A stretch of DNA of 64,000 nt from a virus (Duplodnaviria > Caudoviricetes): positions 8,040 to 72,039 of the IMG/VR virus record IMGVR_UViG_3300046170_000454. One strand, 5' to 3'. The position numbers and the translations under genes are program-made. Position 1 is the first letter of the stretch, and every line of letters starts with the position of its first letter. Shown piece after piece: positions 32,828 through 44,200 of this stretch. A model generated the notes under the pieces. It did not search any database. It had not been told where the DNA came from and worked only from the letters and a program-made list of their open reading frames with translations.

Positions 32828-34095
32828 ACAGCGTACAACATATGGGCTTATTTGAAGGGCTAGCACAAGACCCTTCATACCGACAAGTTTACGAGTCAGA
32901 CCCTAACTCAATGCCCATAGACAGCTCCATTGAGAGACTGAGGAAGTATTCACCTTTCACGGTTTCTTTGGCTCTCCCTACAATACTAGACGGTGTAGTC
33001 GCTTCGGGAGGTCTTGATGATGGGTATCTACAAGAAAACTTAAGATTAGTAGGGGGAAGTGGTCAGGAATACCGCTCTTCAGGTGTCGCTTTCAACTCAG
33101 TGACTAAAGTCGCAAAAAACGATTACCTAAACGCAGGTAGAGGACAAGGCTCTATTACAAGTGACTTGACCTACTATGCCCTTGAGCAAGCCGATGCTAC
33201 CGTAATGTCAGGGATCGCCTCTAATGCTAACCGTAGAGTTTCTTCAGTTGAAGAGAGCTACCAGCGCGAGTCTACGGGACTCGCCTCGAAGCAAGCGGGT
33301 TTTATAGATCAAAGGATGGTGATAGAGACTCTCCGTCAAATTAAAAAAATGGCGGATACACCTCCGTTATTAATGTTAATCAACCCTAACAGCTTTCAGC
33401 TTCAATATCAGCGCATACAAAACTACTCCGAAGCTACGAGAACAGGTTTTGTTTATCAAGCATGGGGAGAGGGATTGCAGACGCTATCTATCTCAGGTGT
33501 GATCGGAGCTTTTGCGTCAGGAGTAAGAAACTCTACTCAAGGGATTACCGCAGACGAGGTGGCAATCTTACCGCCTAACCTTACGTCCTTAGCGAGCGGT
33601 GTTAGGGAGACAGAGACTCGCGTGCCGTCAGGTGTTCAGTATGCTTCTCGCAACCGCTCAGCGGCTTATCAGCAACTCATCACATTGCTTAATATTTACA
33701 ACAATGGGGCTCTAATAAAAGACACGATAGGGCGCTCCAAGGCTAATATTATGGCGGGCAAAGTCGTGCTTGAGTACGATCAGATCGCTTATCTAGGGAC
33801 GATGAAGAGCTTTTCTTACGGGTTTTCCGAAGAGAAGCAAATGGGAGGCTTAGAGTTTAGCTTTGAGTTTGAGGTGAAAAAAATGCTGGACTTCTCTTCA
33901 GACACCGCTTCAGTCTCTAGGTATAAATCAGCACAGGCGAAGAGGATTTTAAGTAACCCTGTTTCGGCTACCCCGCCTCCTAATCCTGTCGTTAATAGTG
34001 GTTTCCAAACATCAGGGGCGCTCTTCACCTCCGCACCTGCTGAAGAGGAAGAAGAAGATGTACCTGGCGGTACAGGTTTCATCCTTAATACTTAA
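32824..34095 (+). CDS. Second tube-initiator-like baseplate protein
   Basis: MLINPNSFQLQY...TRTGFVYQAWG...YLGTMKSFSYGFSEEK...FSFEF parallels the upstream gene. Confidence 0.55.
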   Translation: MNSVQHMGLFEGLAQDPSYRQVYESDPNSMPIDSSIERLRKYSPFTVSLALPTILDGVVASGGLDDGYLQENLRLVGGSGQEYRSSGVAFNSVTKVAKNDYLNAGRGQGSITSDLTYYALEQADATVMSGIASNANRRVSSVEESYQRESTGLASKQAGFIDQRMVIETLRQIKKMADTPPLLMLINPNSFQLQYQRIQNYSEATRTGFVYQAWGEGLQTLSISGVIGAFASGVRNSTQGITADEVAILPPNLTSLASGVRETETRVPSGVQYASRNRSAAYQQLITLLNIYNNGALIKDTIGRSKANIMAGKVVLEYDQIAYLGTMKSFSYGFSEEKQMGGLEFSFEFEVKKMLDFSSDTASVSRYKSAQAKRILSNPVSATPPPNPVVNSGFQTSGALFTSAPAEEEEEDVPGGTGFILNT

Positions 34096-34108
34096 GAGAG
34101 CTTAACAA

Positions 34109-37100
34109 ATGTCTAACGCTAATAGGCCGTATTCGGGTACATGGCGACCCAACAGCAAGAAAATAGTCAGCTATACCCCTGACGCTCTAGTTTACCTTAA
34201 CGGTATGGCAGAGCTACCTGGAGCAGACGGCGGTAATATTAGGTTCGATATCCAAAAGTATGTCACCCAAATCAGTGTAGACGGCGGAGTAGAGAGCGGT
34301 GCGACCTCAGCTTCCCTTACGCTATCAATCCCGCGCTTTGAGAGTGCTAAGATATACAAAGACGGAGGGATCATCTTCCATACAGGTATGGAGGTACATA
34401 TTTATGCTAGAGGCTATTTCCCCACAAAAGGGCTCGTTAAAGTAGAAGGTCTACCGCAGAGCAAAGAGTTGCCTCAGTATCCCTACTACCACATATTCCA
34501 CGGTGTGGTGACGAGCGTTTCTTTTGACTACAGCGGAGGTAACTACTCCGCGTCTCTAAGCTGTAGCTCTATGTTACACTTTTGGAGCTATCAATATATC
34601 TCTACGAGCGGGTCGGTCTTCGGCGCTCGACCTACAAACTCAGGTATCCGCACTACCTTGAGAGGGCATAACTTCGCTAACAAGAATGCCTACGAGGTTT
34701 TGTATACCCTGTATCGCGATTTCCAAGGCGCGGCACACGGTGTCTCTTGGACTTTCTCTCAAAAGACTAACATTAACGCGACATTCCAAAACCAAGACCT
34801 TTACTCAATCAACTTAGAGTATTGGAAGCGCAGGTTCTCTACTCGGCTTTACGGTTTAAGGATGTACGGCGCGTCGGGTCAGCTCTACTCCGCGACCCAA
34901 CAAGCCTTCCTCTCAGGGCTTAACCGAAGCCAAGCTAAGAACCTTATTAAAAACTCTCGCGTAGGTACAGAGTTTAAATATATGGAAGCCAGCTCTGTGC
35001 TCCGAGCCGCTTACGACTTGGGTTTGATTAGAGTAAACCCTGAGACAGGTAAGATTGTAGGAGGCGCTGATCAAATCGCGGCGGTGTTGCCCAGCTTCAC
35101 GGTGTCACCCGTTGAAATCTCAGCTTATGTAGATGACGTGAGCGCATGGGGTAGTGTTAACTTCTTTGAGTCTACCTACGAGTCAAAGATGGACATGGCG
35201 AATAAGATTAAGGAGATGACGGACTTCGAGTTTTATCAAGATATGGACGGAGACTTGGTATTCAAACCTCCGTTTTACAACTTAGATACCTCATCAAGTA
35301 GAGTATATCGCATAGAGCCTGAAGACATCATTAACCTCAGCTTCACCGAAAACGAGCCCGAAGCGACTTACTACGTAGTGAGGGCAGGACATTGGCAACA
35401 GATACAGGGCTTAGGGATGGAAGGCGAATGGGGTGTCTCAGGGCGCTATGTAGACTACCGACTTGTCGCCCAATATGGCTGGCGACAGGGCGACTTTGAG
35501 ACTCACTACTATAACACCCCTAAGTCAGCTTTCTTCGCGGCAGTTGCGAAAATGGCTGTTGCTAACTCGAAGATTAATACCGCGAGCCTCACAATACCTT
35601 TTAGACCTGAGCTTAGAGCTGGCTACCCTGTTTATATTTCACACATAGACACCTTTTATTACGTAGAGAGCCTCAGCCACAGCTTCTCTTATGGAGGTCA
35701 GTGTACGACCTCCATACAGCTCACAGCGCGGAGAAGAAAGTTTCACGCTCCTCGAAATACGAGAGAGGCTTCGCGAGGAAACTCTGCGGTAGATACTGTG
35801 GACTTGTCGAGATTAGACCTCCCCCCAACGCCTATCATCACCTCAAAGGATAATCACCCTAAAGAAGTAGGCTTTCCGAACGTAGTAATGGCGCTTGATC
35901 CGACTCTTGTTAACCCTTTGTTCTACGTTACCGACGACGGGACAGATTATAAAGACCGTAATGTTGTCCTTAATCTTATAAAGAAAGCGGAGAGCCTTAA
36001 TATTATCAGCCCTGTAGTGTCATCAGGCATCTACGACAAAGACATCTACAACTACTACAAAGTCTCTTATGACGATGAGCAGGATGTTATGTTTAATGTC
36101 CAAGAAATCGTCACTCAGGCGAAACAGTACGGGACAACTTTAGAGCGAACCGACCAAGAGCTTTATGGGATACCTAAAAGCAAACGGCGCAAGCGAAGGA
36201 AAGAAGGTTTTGTAGAGCAAAAGGCTACGCTTGAGAGTCAAATCTTTAGGGAGCAGGCTAAGATAGACAGCCTAGACTCTAGTAGCGAACAGGTTAAGTT
36301 TAGAAAAGCAAGCGCCCAGCTAACAAAGCTCAAAAATAAGCTCGCACGAATAGACGAGAAAATCCTCAGCCTTGACACAGAGCTTAAGCAACAGAGACAG
36401 GGCTCACAAGCGAGTCAAGGGTTCGGCTTCTTTGAGCTGTTTGAGCAAGTGTCTTCTCAAGTCAGAGGCGGTGAAGACGTAGACCGTTCTGCGACTCTGC
36501 TTGAAGTGCTCTCGGATAAGAAATCTCAGTTTACAAACGACTCTATAGCTGGCTCTTACCGATATTACTCTTCCGCGCACCCTAACCCTGAGCAACAAGG
36601 AGTCTCTCCTGTCCGTAACATGTCGGGAATAGGCATGGAAGAAGGGGAGACAAGCTCTGACGGTGTAGACATTAGAGATGGTTTTGTTAAAGAGGCTAAC
36701 CTTGTCGGTGTTGTTGCGCCGAAACAGTTTAAGTCCACTCCAAACCTCGCTAACCCTTTCGAGAGCGTCGGGATCGACACTAAAAACTATGGTGAGATCG
36801 AGCTCGCAGGTAAACAAGTGAAGAGAGGGCTCGTAATCTTAAAGGCAGGTAAGAAAAAAGAAGAGACACCGACTCACGACATAAGAGCAATCTCTTTTCA
36901 AGACCACAGTATGAGCTACAAGTCTAAGCAGATAAGTATAAAAAATAAGACGGTCTTTGACAGCGTTCGCGCTCAAAGCGTCTTAACGCGGTCTTTGACG
37001 GCGCTCTACAAGAAAAAACTGAGGAAAAACAGCGAGGAGCATCTAAATACTGCTCTGTTAGGAGTTTTTGATGAGGAGTTACTAAATGATTACGAAAATA

Positions 37101-38290
37101 CCTCCAGCTTCTCAGACCTCGAAAATAACGCCGATAACTATAGCAGAGATGCTCTAATCGGTAGTGAAGAAGAGATAAAAGTGTTCCGCAAGGGGGTAGA
37201 CTTGACTACCCTCACTGTGGGAGGGGCTTTCAAAGCGACAGGCTTAAAGCATTTTCGCTCATTCCTGAGTTACCTTGCGAAGTACATGGCAAAGTTTTAC
37301 AGCGCAAAGTGGGCTCTAGTTTGGATAACAGAGGTTATTGAGAATCCTAATCTTGTTGATTTCGCTCCTAAAGAGGGTGAGGCTCTAACTAAGGATCAGA
37401 GGTTGAGGCGAAACTCAACCAATAGACATATTATGATCAAAGGCGGGGCAGTGTTTAATATCAAAAGCACTAAGACTTTAAACACCCTCATCAAATCTTT
37501 AACTCGGAAAGAAAAAACTGAGGAGACGGAAAAGGTAGACGTACAAACTCCCGTTTTCCCTGTATCCGACAATGGGGGTTATGAGGTTATTGGTTCTTTC
37601 CCTTACGGTAGAGGGCTTTCCATAGAGCCTGGGGCTAACTGGTCTAAGCTCGCGGGAGGCTATGACTACGACCCTCTTAGTAATGCAGACCCTGAGATTG
37701 TAGACGGCTTAATCAAAGCCGTCTACACGTCCTCTAAAAGCAGTGCGGCAACTGAATTAGAGGTAAGGCTGAAAGAGGGTCTTACGAGTGCTGAAGCAGG
37801 CACAAAGGCATCCAAAATCTCAGACTTTATCGCAGAGTTAGGCTCTCGTACAGACGGTAACGAAAGTAGGGACGCACAGATCACTAGTGGCTTAAGAAAC
37901 TTAGTCGTAGATCGACGCAATGCTCCGACAAAGATTAGCCCTGCCAACAACGCGTTGAGGTTAACAGATATACAGCCTTTACATGACTTGAGAGCTCCGA
38001 GCTCTTTCCGAGCCGCTGAAGAGTTGTTTGAGATCGAGGCTTTTAACGGAGAAAACTTCATCGCCATTGAGGGTGTCGATCAAATCACGGCATGGTCTAA
38101 GGATCAAGTCGCTCAAGTATCAGGCCGTTGGAAGGAGCGTCAAGACCTCCTTAGAGGGACTTCAATAGGTGGTAATCGGCCTGATAAAGAAAACCCTATA
38201 CAGGCTGTCATCAGTGGCTTTAATCAAGCTGTTGATAACGCGAATAACCGAGCAGATAATATCTCTGACCTTTTCGGGGAGGACGAATGA
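34109..38290 (+). CDS. Baseplate hub (gp27/VgrG-like) protein with long insertions
   Basis: IFHGVVTSVS, FEFYQDMDGDLVFKPPFY and RPELRAGYPVY...FYYVESLSHSF...TTSIQL are hub-type motifs. Confidence 0.7.
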   Translation: MSNANRPYSGTWRPNSKKIVSYTPDALVYLNGMAELPGADGGNIRFDIQKYVTQISVDGGVESGATSASLTLSIPRFESAKIYKDGGIIFHTGMEVHIYARGYFPTKGLVKVEGLPQSKELPQYPYYHIFHGVVTSVSFDYSGGNYSASLSCSSMLHFWSYQYISTSGSVFGARPTNSGIRTTLRGHNFANKNAYEVLYTLYRDFQGAAHGVSWTFSQKTNINATFQNQDLYSINLEYWKRRFSTRLYGLRMYGASGQLYSATQQAFLSGLNRSQAKNLIKNSRVGTEFKYMEASSVLRAAYDLGLIRVNPETGKIVGGADQIAAVLPSFTVSPVEISAYVDDVSAWGSVNFFESTYESKMDMANKIKEMTDFEFYQDMDGDLVFKPPFYNLDTSSSRVYRIEPEDIINLSFTENEPEATYYVVRAGHWQQIQGLGMEGEWGVSGRYVDYRLVAQYGWRQGDFETHYYNTPKSAFFAAVAKMAVANSKINTASLTIPFRPELRAGYPVYISHIDTFYYVESLSHSFSYGGQCTTSIQLTARRRKFHAPRNTREASRGNSAVDTVDLSRLDLPPTPIITSKDNHPKEVGFPNVVMALDPTLVNPLFYVTDDGTDYKDRNVVLNLIKKAESLNIISPVVSSGIYDKDIYNYYKVSYDDEQDVMFNVQEIVTQAKQYGTTLERTDQELYGIPKSKRRKRRKEGFVEQKATLESQIFREQAKIDSLDSSSEQVKFRKASAQLTKLKNKLARIDEKILSLDTELKQQRQGSQASQGFGFFELFEQVSSQVRGGEDVDRSATLLEVLSDKKSQFTNDSIAGSYRYYSSAHPNPEQQGVSPVRNMSGIGMEEGETSSDGVDIRDGFVKEANLVGVVAPKQFKSTPNLANPFESVGIDTKNYGEIELAGKQVKRGLVILKAGKKKEETPTHDIRAISFQDHSMSYKSKQISIKNKTVFDSVRAQSVLTRSLTALYKKKLRKNSEEHLNTALLGVFDEELLNDYENTSSFSDLENNADNYSRDALIGSEEEIKVFRKGVDLTTLTVGGAFKATGLKHFRSFLSYLAKYMAKFYSAKWALVWITEVIENPNLVDFAPKEGEALTKDQRLRRNSTNRHIMIKGGAVFNIKSTKTLNTLIKSLTRKEKTEETEKVDVQTPVFPVSDNGGYEVIGSFPYGRGLSIEPGANWSKLAGGYDYDPLSNADPEIVDGLIKAVYTSSKSSAATELEVRLKEGLTSAEAGTKASKISDFIAELGSRTDGNESRDAQITSGLRNLVVDRRNAPTKISPANNALRLTDIQPLHDLRAPSSFRAAEELFEIEAFNGENFIAIEGVDQITAWSKDQVAQVSGRWKERQDLLRGTSIGGNRPDKENPIQAVISGFNQAVDNANNRADNISDLFGEDE

Positions 38291-40609
38291 TACCACAGGG
38301 CGCAGAAACAACTTACATCAACAGCACTACCCCTCTTAACATCGCCAATGAAAGCGGTAGCCGAGGTTGGGGTCAGTGGGGTTTGGCGATCTTTAAGATT
38401 ACCCACGTCAACTTTGAAGAAGGGTATGTTCATTTACACTCGAAGACTAAAGAGTCCGAAACTTTTGAGTTTAAAGCGCCAATAACATTCCCCTGGAGGC
38501 GGTCGCCGTAGTTTCTTTGGGATGATGCCTTGTAGCGGAGATTACGCCGTCGTCGCCTTTGCCCCTAAAGAAAGTGACGGCAGAGCTTCAGCTCGACAGC
38601 CTGTCATCGTCTCTTATTTCCCGCCTCCATCATGGCTCGCGAGAGATTGGGTTGTAGGGCAAGACTTCTCTCCTGAAGAAGGTCAGATGGAAACAGGGGC
38701 TGATCGAGACGATCTCAAAGGGTTTGCTTCTCGTATACGTTTTAAGATGCGCCACCTTGAAGAAGGTGAGGCTCTTATCTCTTCAAGGCAAGGCGCTGAC
38801 CTCCACTTAGATGAGAGCGTGACGATCACGAACCGTAGAGCTAACGAGATTATTCTTAGAGATCAAGATCAGGCTTTGGTCACGCGCTCATTACAACAGT
38901 TCCATAGTCTCGCGGGCGCACGCGTGTACGCAGGCATGGTGCAACGGGACGCTAGGCTCTTACCGACTCAAATGTTCTCTGATGGGCTTGATTGGGGTCA
39001 CTCTTATGAAAACATAGAGGAAGGGCTGTTTGACGATGACTTCCTCACACCGTCCTACCTCTTCTATCCTCCCGTAGGAGAAGAAGAAAACTACAGCGGT
39101 GAGACAGCGTTTGAGAGATCAGGCGGTATTACGTTTGCGAAGGACTTAAACCCTTATGAGTTTTTACAGTGGGGGCTCTTCATCGACTCAGACGGCTTCA
39201 GGTTAGACGAAAACCTTGAAGACTATTCCTCTTACGGAGGTAAAGTCTTCTATAGAGTTGGAGATAGCTCTGTTAACTACGAAAACAGCTATACCTCAAG
39301 CCCCTTAAGTGAAAACTCCCTGACAGAATACCGCATAGAGCTAAAGCACACCTCTAACGGAACACTCCCTGTTACGGAGCAAACTGATGGGTTTGATGCT
39401 GATAACTATCCTAACAACGGCGAGTCAGACCCTATTCCCAACTTCGTAGAGATGGTGTTAGGCACGCTTGTCGGTAACGACCCGTTCACAGAAGCAGGCA
39501 AAGAAAAGTACGGAGCGCCTCTTGTGCCGATTGTCTTTGACGGAGATAACCTCGTTAAGGATTTCGTAATAGGCACAGATCGCCCGCTCAACGACCAGTC
39601 TGCTTTTAGCTTAATCGTGACACCTCCTGTTGATGTGAGAGGTAGAGGAGCGTTTAGGGAAAGCTCTTTCATCACCGTCACAAAGGAAGGTAAGTTTTTA
39701 GCGAGCTTTGTTGGTAGCAGAGCAGACAACGCTTTCGAGCTTTACTCCTTAGGGGGCATGAGGCTTGGTACAGGTGAAGGCTATAAGCTCACGGCAGACA
39801 AAGAAATCGAGCTCATCTCTAAAGAGGGGAGTCTTACGGGTAATGTTGGCGTTAACATTAGGTCTGAGGGGGGCGCAGTAAGCATCTTCGGTGGAGGTAA
39901 AGTAACCACTGCCCAGGCTGTCGAGAACGCGCCTGATGTGCTGATTGAAGGCAGAGGTCTTATACAGCTTAAAGCCGCTAACAAGGTTAAAGTCTCGGCG
40001 CAGACATTTGATCTATCTGACACTCAGAATATTGAGATCAATACGGGGGGCGCATATCAGGTTTCTTCTGCTGGAGGATACGCGATATCTGCGGAGAATG
40101 GGTCTGAAAACTACACGAACGGACACTCTCTTAATATTAGCTCTAACTTACCTACGAGCGGTGCGAGCCGTCAGGTTAACATTACGAACCTTCCGACAAA
40201 CCCGAAGGCTGACAGCTACCTCAACACTTTTGGTAACCGCGAAGAAACACTCGTTGCTGGAGAACACAGCACAACGGTTGAAGTGGGGAGACAGGTTTAC
40301 ACGACAACTTTAGGCCAATCTGAGCTTGGAGCAGGGCTCTCTTCAGCTTCCTTTGACTCCGCTACAGGGATAACTGTTAACACACCTCAAAAGATGGCGG
40401 TTAATGTCACAGCTACCCTCTCTATGACGGCAGGAGGTGCTGTTAACATTACCTCCTCTGCCAAAGCAACCGTATCCGCTAACTCAATCAGTCTCGTCAC
40501 GGGGGCTCTAGGCGGAGGGGTAGTCAGCTCAACGGATTTAGACCCGTTGTCAGGCAAGCCATTATCAACTTATAATATGGGGAGCTCGACTGTAAGACTC
40601 TCTCCATAA
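38287..40609 (+). CDS. Baseplate central spike (gp5/gpV-like, ~773 aa), split by a single-base insertion at 38490-38496
   Basis: Joined N-terminus KITHVNFEEG...FPGGGRRSFFGMMPCSGDYAVVAF fits the gp5/gpV OB-fold pattern. C-terminus has beta-helix-like V/I-x-x-G repeats. Confidence 0.7.
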
Positions 40610-40619
40610 GAAAAGTTTA

Positions 40620-41222
40620 ATGAAACTGACACCCGCCACACTAAATCAAGCAATCCTCTCTAATAGCACTTTCAAAGGATTAAGCTGGGGCATCCTAGCT
40701 TCCGCCATTTCGACAGGGGTCGCAACATGGGTAAACGCACCCTCTAACATTACATTCCAAGGTACTGCGACAGGCTCTGTGGGAGGGAGAGGGGAAGTCA
40801 ACGGAGTGACTACGTTCCCCCCTTCTCCGAGCTTTGTCGCCACCGCCACTAAAGCAAGCGGTCTAAAAGGGCCTATCGCTTTAGAGCTCTATAAAGCAGT
40901 AGGGCTCGCGTGCGCTTCTTCTATGAGTGGCATCGTATACAAAGGGCAGTCGTCAGGTATTGTTGCAGGGGTTGATGCCACAAAAGTAACAGTCGCTAAC
41001 GTGCCTACATTAGAGGCTTCTTTACTTAGCGCGATTGAGTCAGCTTTTGTTTCAAGTGGGGGCTCTCCTCAGCTTAATCAATCTTTATTATCTAAAGGTA
41101 TTAGTGTAGCTTTAGGGCAACAAACCCTATTAGGATTTGGCGTTGGTGCAGTAACCCCTGTCCCACCAGCCGCCGTGTCCGTTTTAATCGGCTCTGCGCC
41201 TACTTTTAGCATAATCGGATAA
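40620..41222 (+). CDS. Small Gly/Ala/Ser-rich virion protein downstream of the spike
   Basis: 200 aa, operon context only. Confidence 0.5.
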   Translation: MKLTPATLNQAILSNSTFKGLSWGILASAISTGVATWVNAPSNITFQGTATGSVGGRGEVNGVTTFPPSPSFVATATKASGLKGPIALELYKAVGLACASSMSGIVYKGQSSGIVAGVDATKVTVANVPTLEASLLSAIESAFVSSGGSPQLNQSLLSKGISVALGQQTLLGFGVGAVTPVPPAAVSVLIGSAPTFSIIG

Positions 41223-41231
41223 GGTTAAGAC

Positions 41232-44200
41232 ATGAGTGAGCTTTTCAAAGGTGTTGTATTAGAAGGCGTAAAGAGCGCAGACTCGAACGCGAGCACCACA
41301 AACGAGGCGGAGATTAAAGTCGTTAGAGACTTTAAGCAGAAGGGCGATCTGTTCAGCGGGTTTTCCGCAAACTTCCTTAACACACTGCCCGACTTTATTG
41401 ACCTGCGTGCTGAGATTTACCGAAGCGCAAACCTCTCTGAGGAGCAACTAGAAGAATACTTTGTGTGGGCGGCTAACTCTTCTAACCTCGCCCTTGACCC
41501 TACAAAAGTGTTAGACAACGCTGAAGTAACCTTCAGGTATCTTAATCTTACGATTAGACAGGGACTAGCCGATCCTTATAATGACGCAACTAACGAGTTT
41601 CTTGTCCACGATTTGCAAGGGCTCAAAGTAGATACGCTCCTGTCCCTCACTGCCTTAATCAATGGCGACCCTGTAGAGTTTACTAGTCTCCATTTTGACT
41701 TTAACTCAACCAGCGGTAAGGTTACGCTAAAGAACACTACCGAGATGAGAAACCTTACCGAGAGCGGTGCGAACCAAGCCGCTCTCTCACAAGGTAGGGG
41801 AGACACAATCACGGGCGCTACCTATACCGTAGAAGACGCTCGCTTTTGGTGGACTAAGAATGACCCTAATCAGTCGCGTTTTAAATGGGATGGTGCAACT
41901 CGTAACTGGACTCTCATTAAAGGTTCTAAACCTGTTAATCTAGGACAGCTCACCTCAGAGTCCTTTACACTGAGTCCCTTACCGACATGGATTAGTCAAG
42001 GTGAGTTTCTCGACGGTGAGTCAAATGATCTCTATGCTACATTAAGATTAGGAGATGCCCCTAATGAAGCGTCTGTACCCGTAGCTTCTATGAGTAAGGA
42101 GTATTCAGGTGTCCTTGCAGTATCTCAAACACAGCTCGATAACGAAGAAATCACCTTCGATGATTATAACCCGCCTCTTTCAGGGTTGTTGTCTGTCGAG
42201 AGTGGTCAAATTCTATTCAATCCGACTTTCGTAGAGGCTTATTACGGATCAACCCTTTGGTACTCGACCTTAAACCTTAATGAAGAAAACGACGGTGTTG
42301 TCGGCACGTTCGGTGAAGACCTTTATATTAGCCCTCCCCCTCCCCCTCAAAGCCGACCTATGCTCCACATCGGCAACCGCAAGCCTCTCTCCGTTACTCT
42401 AGTAGATACAGAGACTCTTTTAAGCGGGCTTACCTTGCTAGAGGGTCACGTAGGAGTCGCCCTCTCTACGGGAAAGCTCAAGTTTAGCGATGTTGATCTA
42501 GCTAAGGTTGACATCACTAGCAACTCCTTTAATAGGTTGTATGTAGGCGCTCAAGTCCTCTATAACGGCATCGCCCTGAATAAAGAGCCTTTGCCCGTAA
42601 AATACCCTGTGACGTTAAGGAACGAAAACGGGCAAGAGGTCAATAGCCTTGCCAAGAGCACAAAACTAAGAATACCTCCCTCAACACTGTCTGAAGACGG
42701 TTACCTCACAAGTGGGTATCTCGGTGATCCTGATAAAACAGGTACAAAACCTAACAGCTCTGGCACACCTACCTTTAGACCTAACGGGTGTGGGCTCGTA
42801 ACATCTGCTCAAGGTGTAGGAGACTTCTTTATTTACACGGAGAACGCTTGTTTAGAGCGAGTTAAGGTGGTCGATAGGGTAAGCGATCTTCCTAAGCGTA
42901 AGGAGATAAAAGAAAGCTCTGCTTTCGTTGCGCTAGAGGCAGACGGTGTAGGTCTGCCTACTCATGCTCCTTCGACATGGCAAAAGTCTAATCAAGGTGG
43001 GCGCATTTTATTTAGACAGAGCGAGCTAGTGCCGAGCCGTTACGTTGGAGGGAGAGAGCTTGTCTCTAAGAAAAGATCCCTATTTGATCTTAAAGAGGGA
43101 GACAGCCTCCACTTCCATAAAGACAACGCTTACATACGCTGGAGCTATGTAAGCGGTAATCTTATAGGTAGCCTTAATAGCGTTTTAGGAGAAGGTGTCA
43201 GCGTAAGTCTGATTAACCGATACCTTGTCATTAGAGTAGAGGCGGGGACAACCTTAGAGTTGAGCCCTTACGACAATAACGGCGACAAAGACACCTCTGC
43301 GATTGAAGCCTTTGGATTACCTGTCTTTTATCACTCCGATCACACATGGAGTATTGAGTCAGGTGTTGCGCTTGGAGTGTACCGATCTCCCGTTAACTTA
43401 GACCTGTCTAGACAAGTTTCTGACTTTAAGTCTACGTCAATCGTTAACGATGTACCCATAGGAACAATCTCTCAGAGTCCTTTTCATTTCTTAGACTTTA
43501 ATCCCCTAGAAGACGGTCTCGGCTACACTGAGATTGCCTTTTTCAAGTATGACAGCGGGATACGGCAAAAGATACTCTATCCGTTTGAAGATATCGCCTA
43601 CAACTTCGAGGACAATCAGTTTAAGTGGATTGAGAGGGTCGCGAAGACGATCCCTATTCAAAGACCTACCGTCAATATCTCTTTAGGAGACACTCAGATA
43701 CTGAGCGGGAGCACCGCACCTGAGCTTGGAGGTTTCGTCAAATATTCAGACGGCGTTAACGACTATGAACAGTTAACATTAGGGTTAGATTACGTGGTCA
43801 GTGAGCCTCAAGGACAGATCACTCTCATTGAGTCTTTTCGTAACTCGCTGGCTACGGGTCTTGTGTCTTGCAACTCGTTCGGACTCATAAAAAACACTTC
43901 TGTTAGTTTCTTTGCAGATGTCGTAGAGGGTCAAGTCTTAAAGCTCGCCCTTAGCTCAGGTATTCGTTATGTACGCGTCAACTATAACAGGCAAAACGGA
44001 GTCGTAGAGACTAATCTTAAAGTTGAAGAGGATAATGTCTTCTGCACGATCCTTAAAGATGACACTAACCGCGATAGCTTGTTCGCGGAGGTCTTTTACG
44101 AGCCCTTCAACCATCTTAATGAAGATCCTCTCATTGTCAGAAAACTGGCACCCGTACCTGAAGATAAGATCACGTCACCTTTCGAGTCCCTTACAAAAGG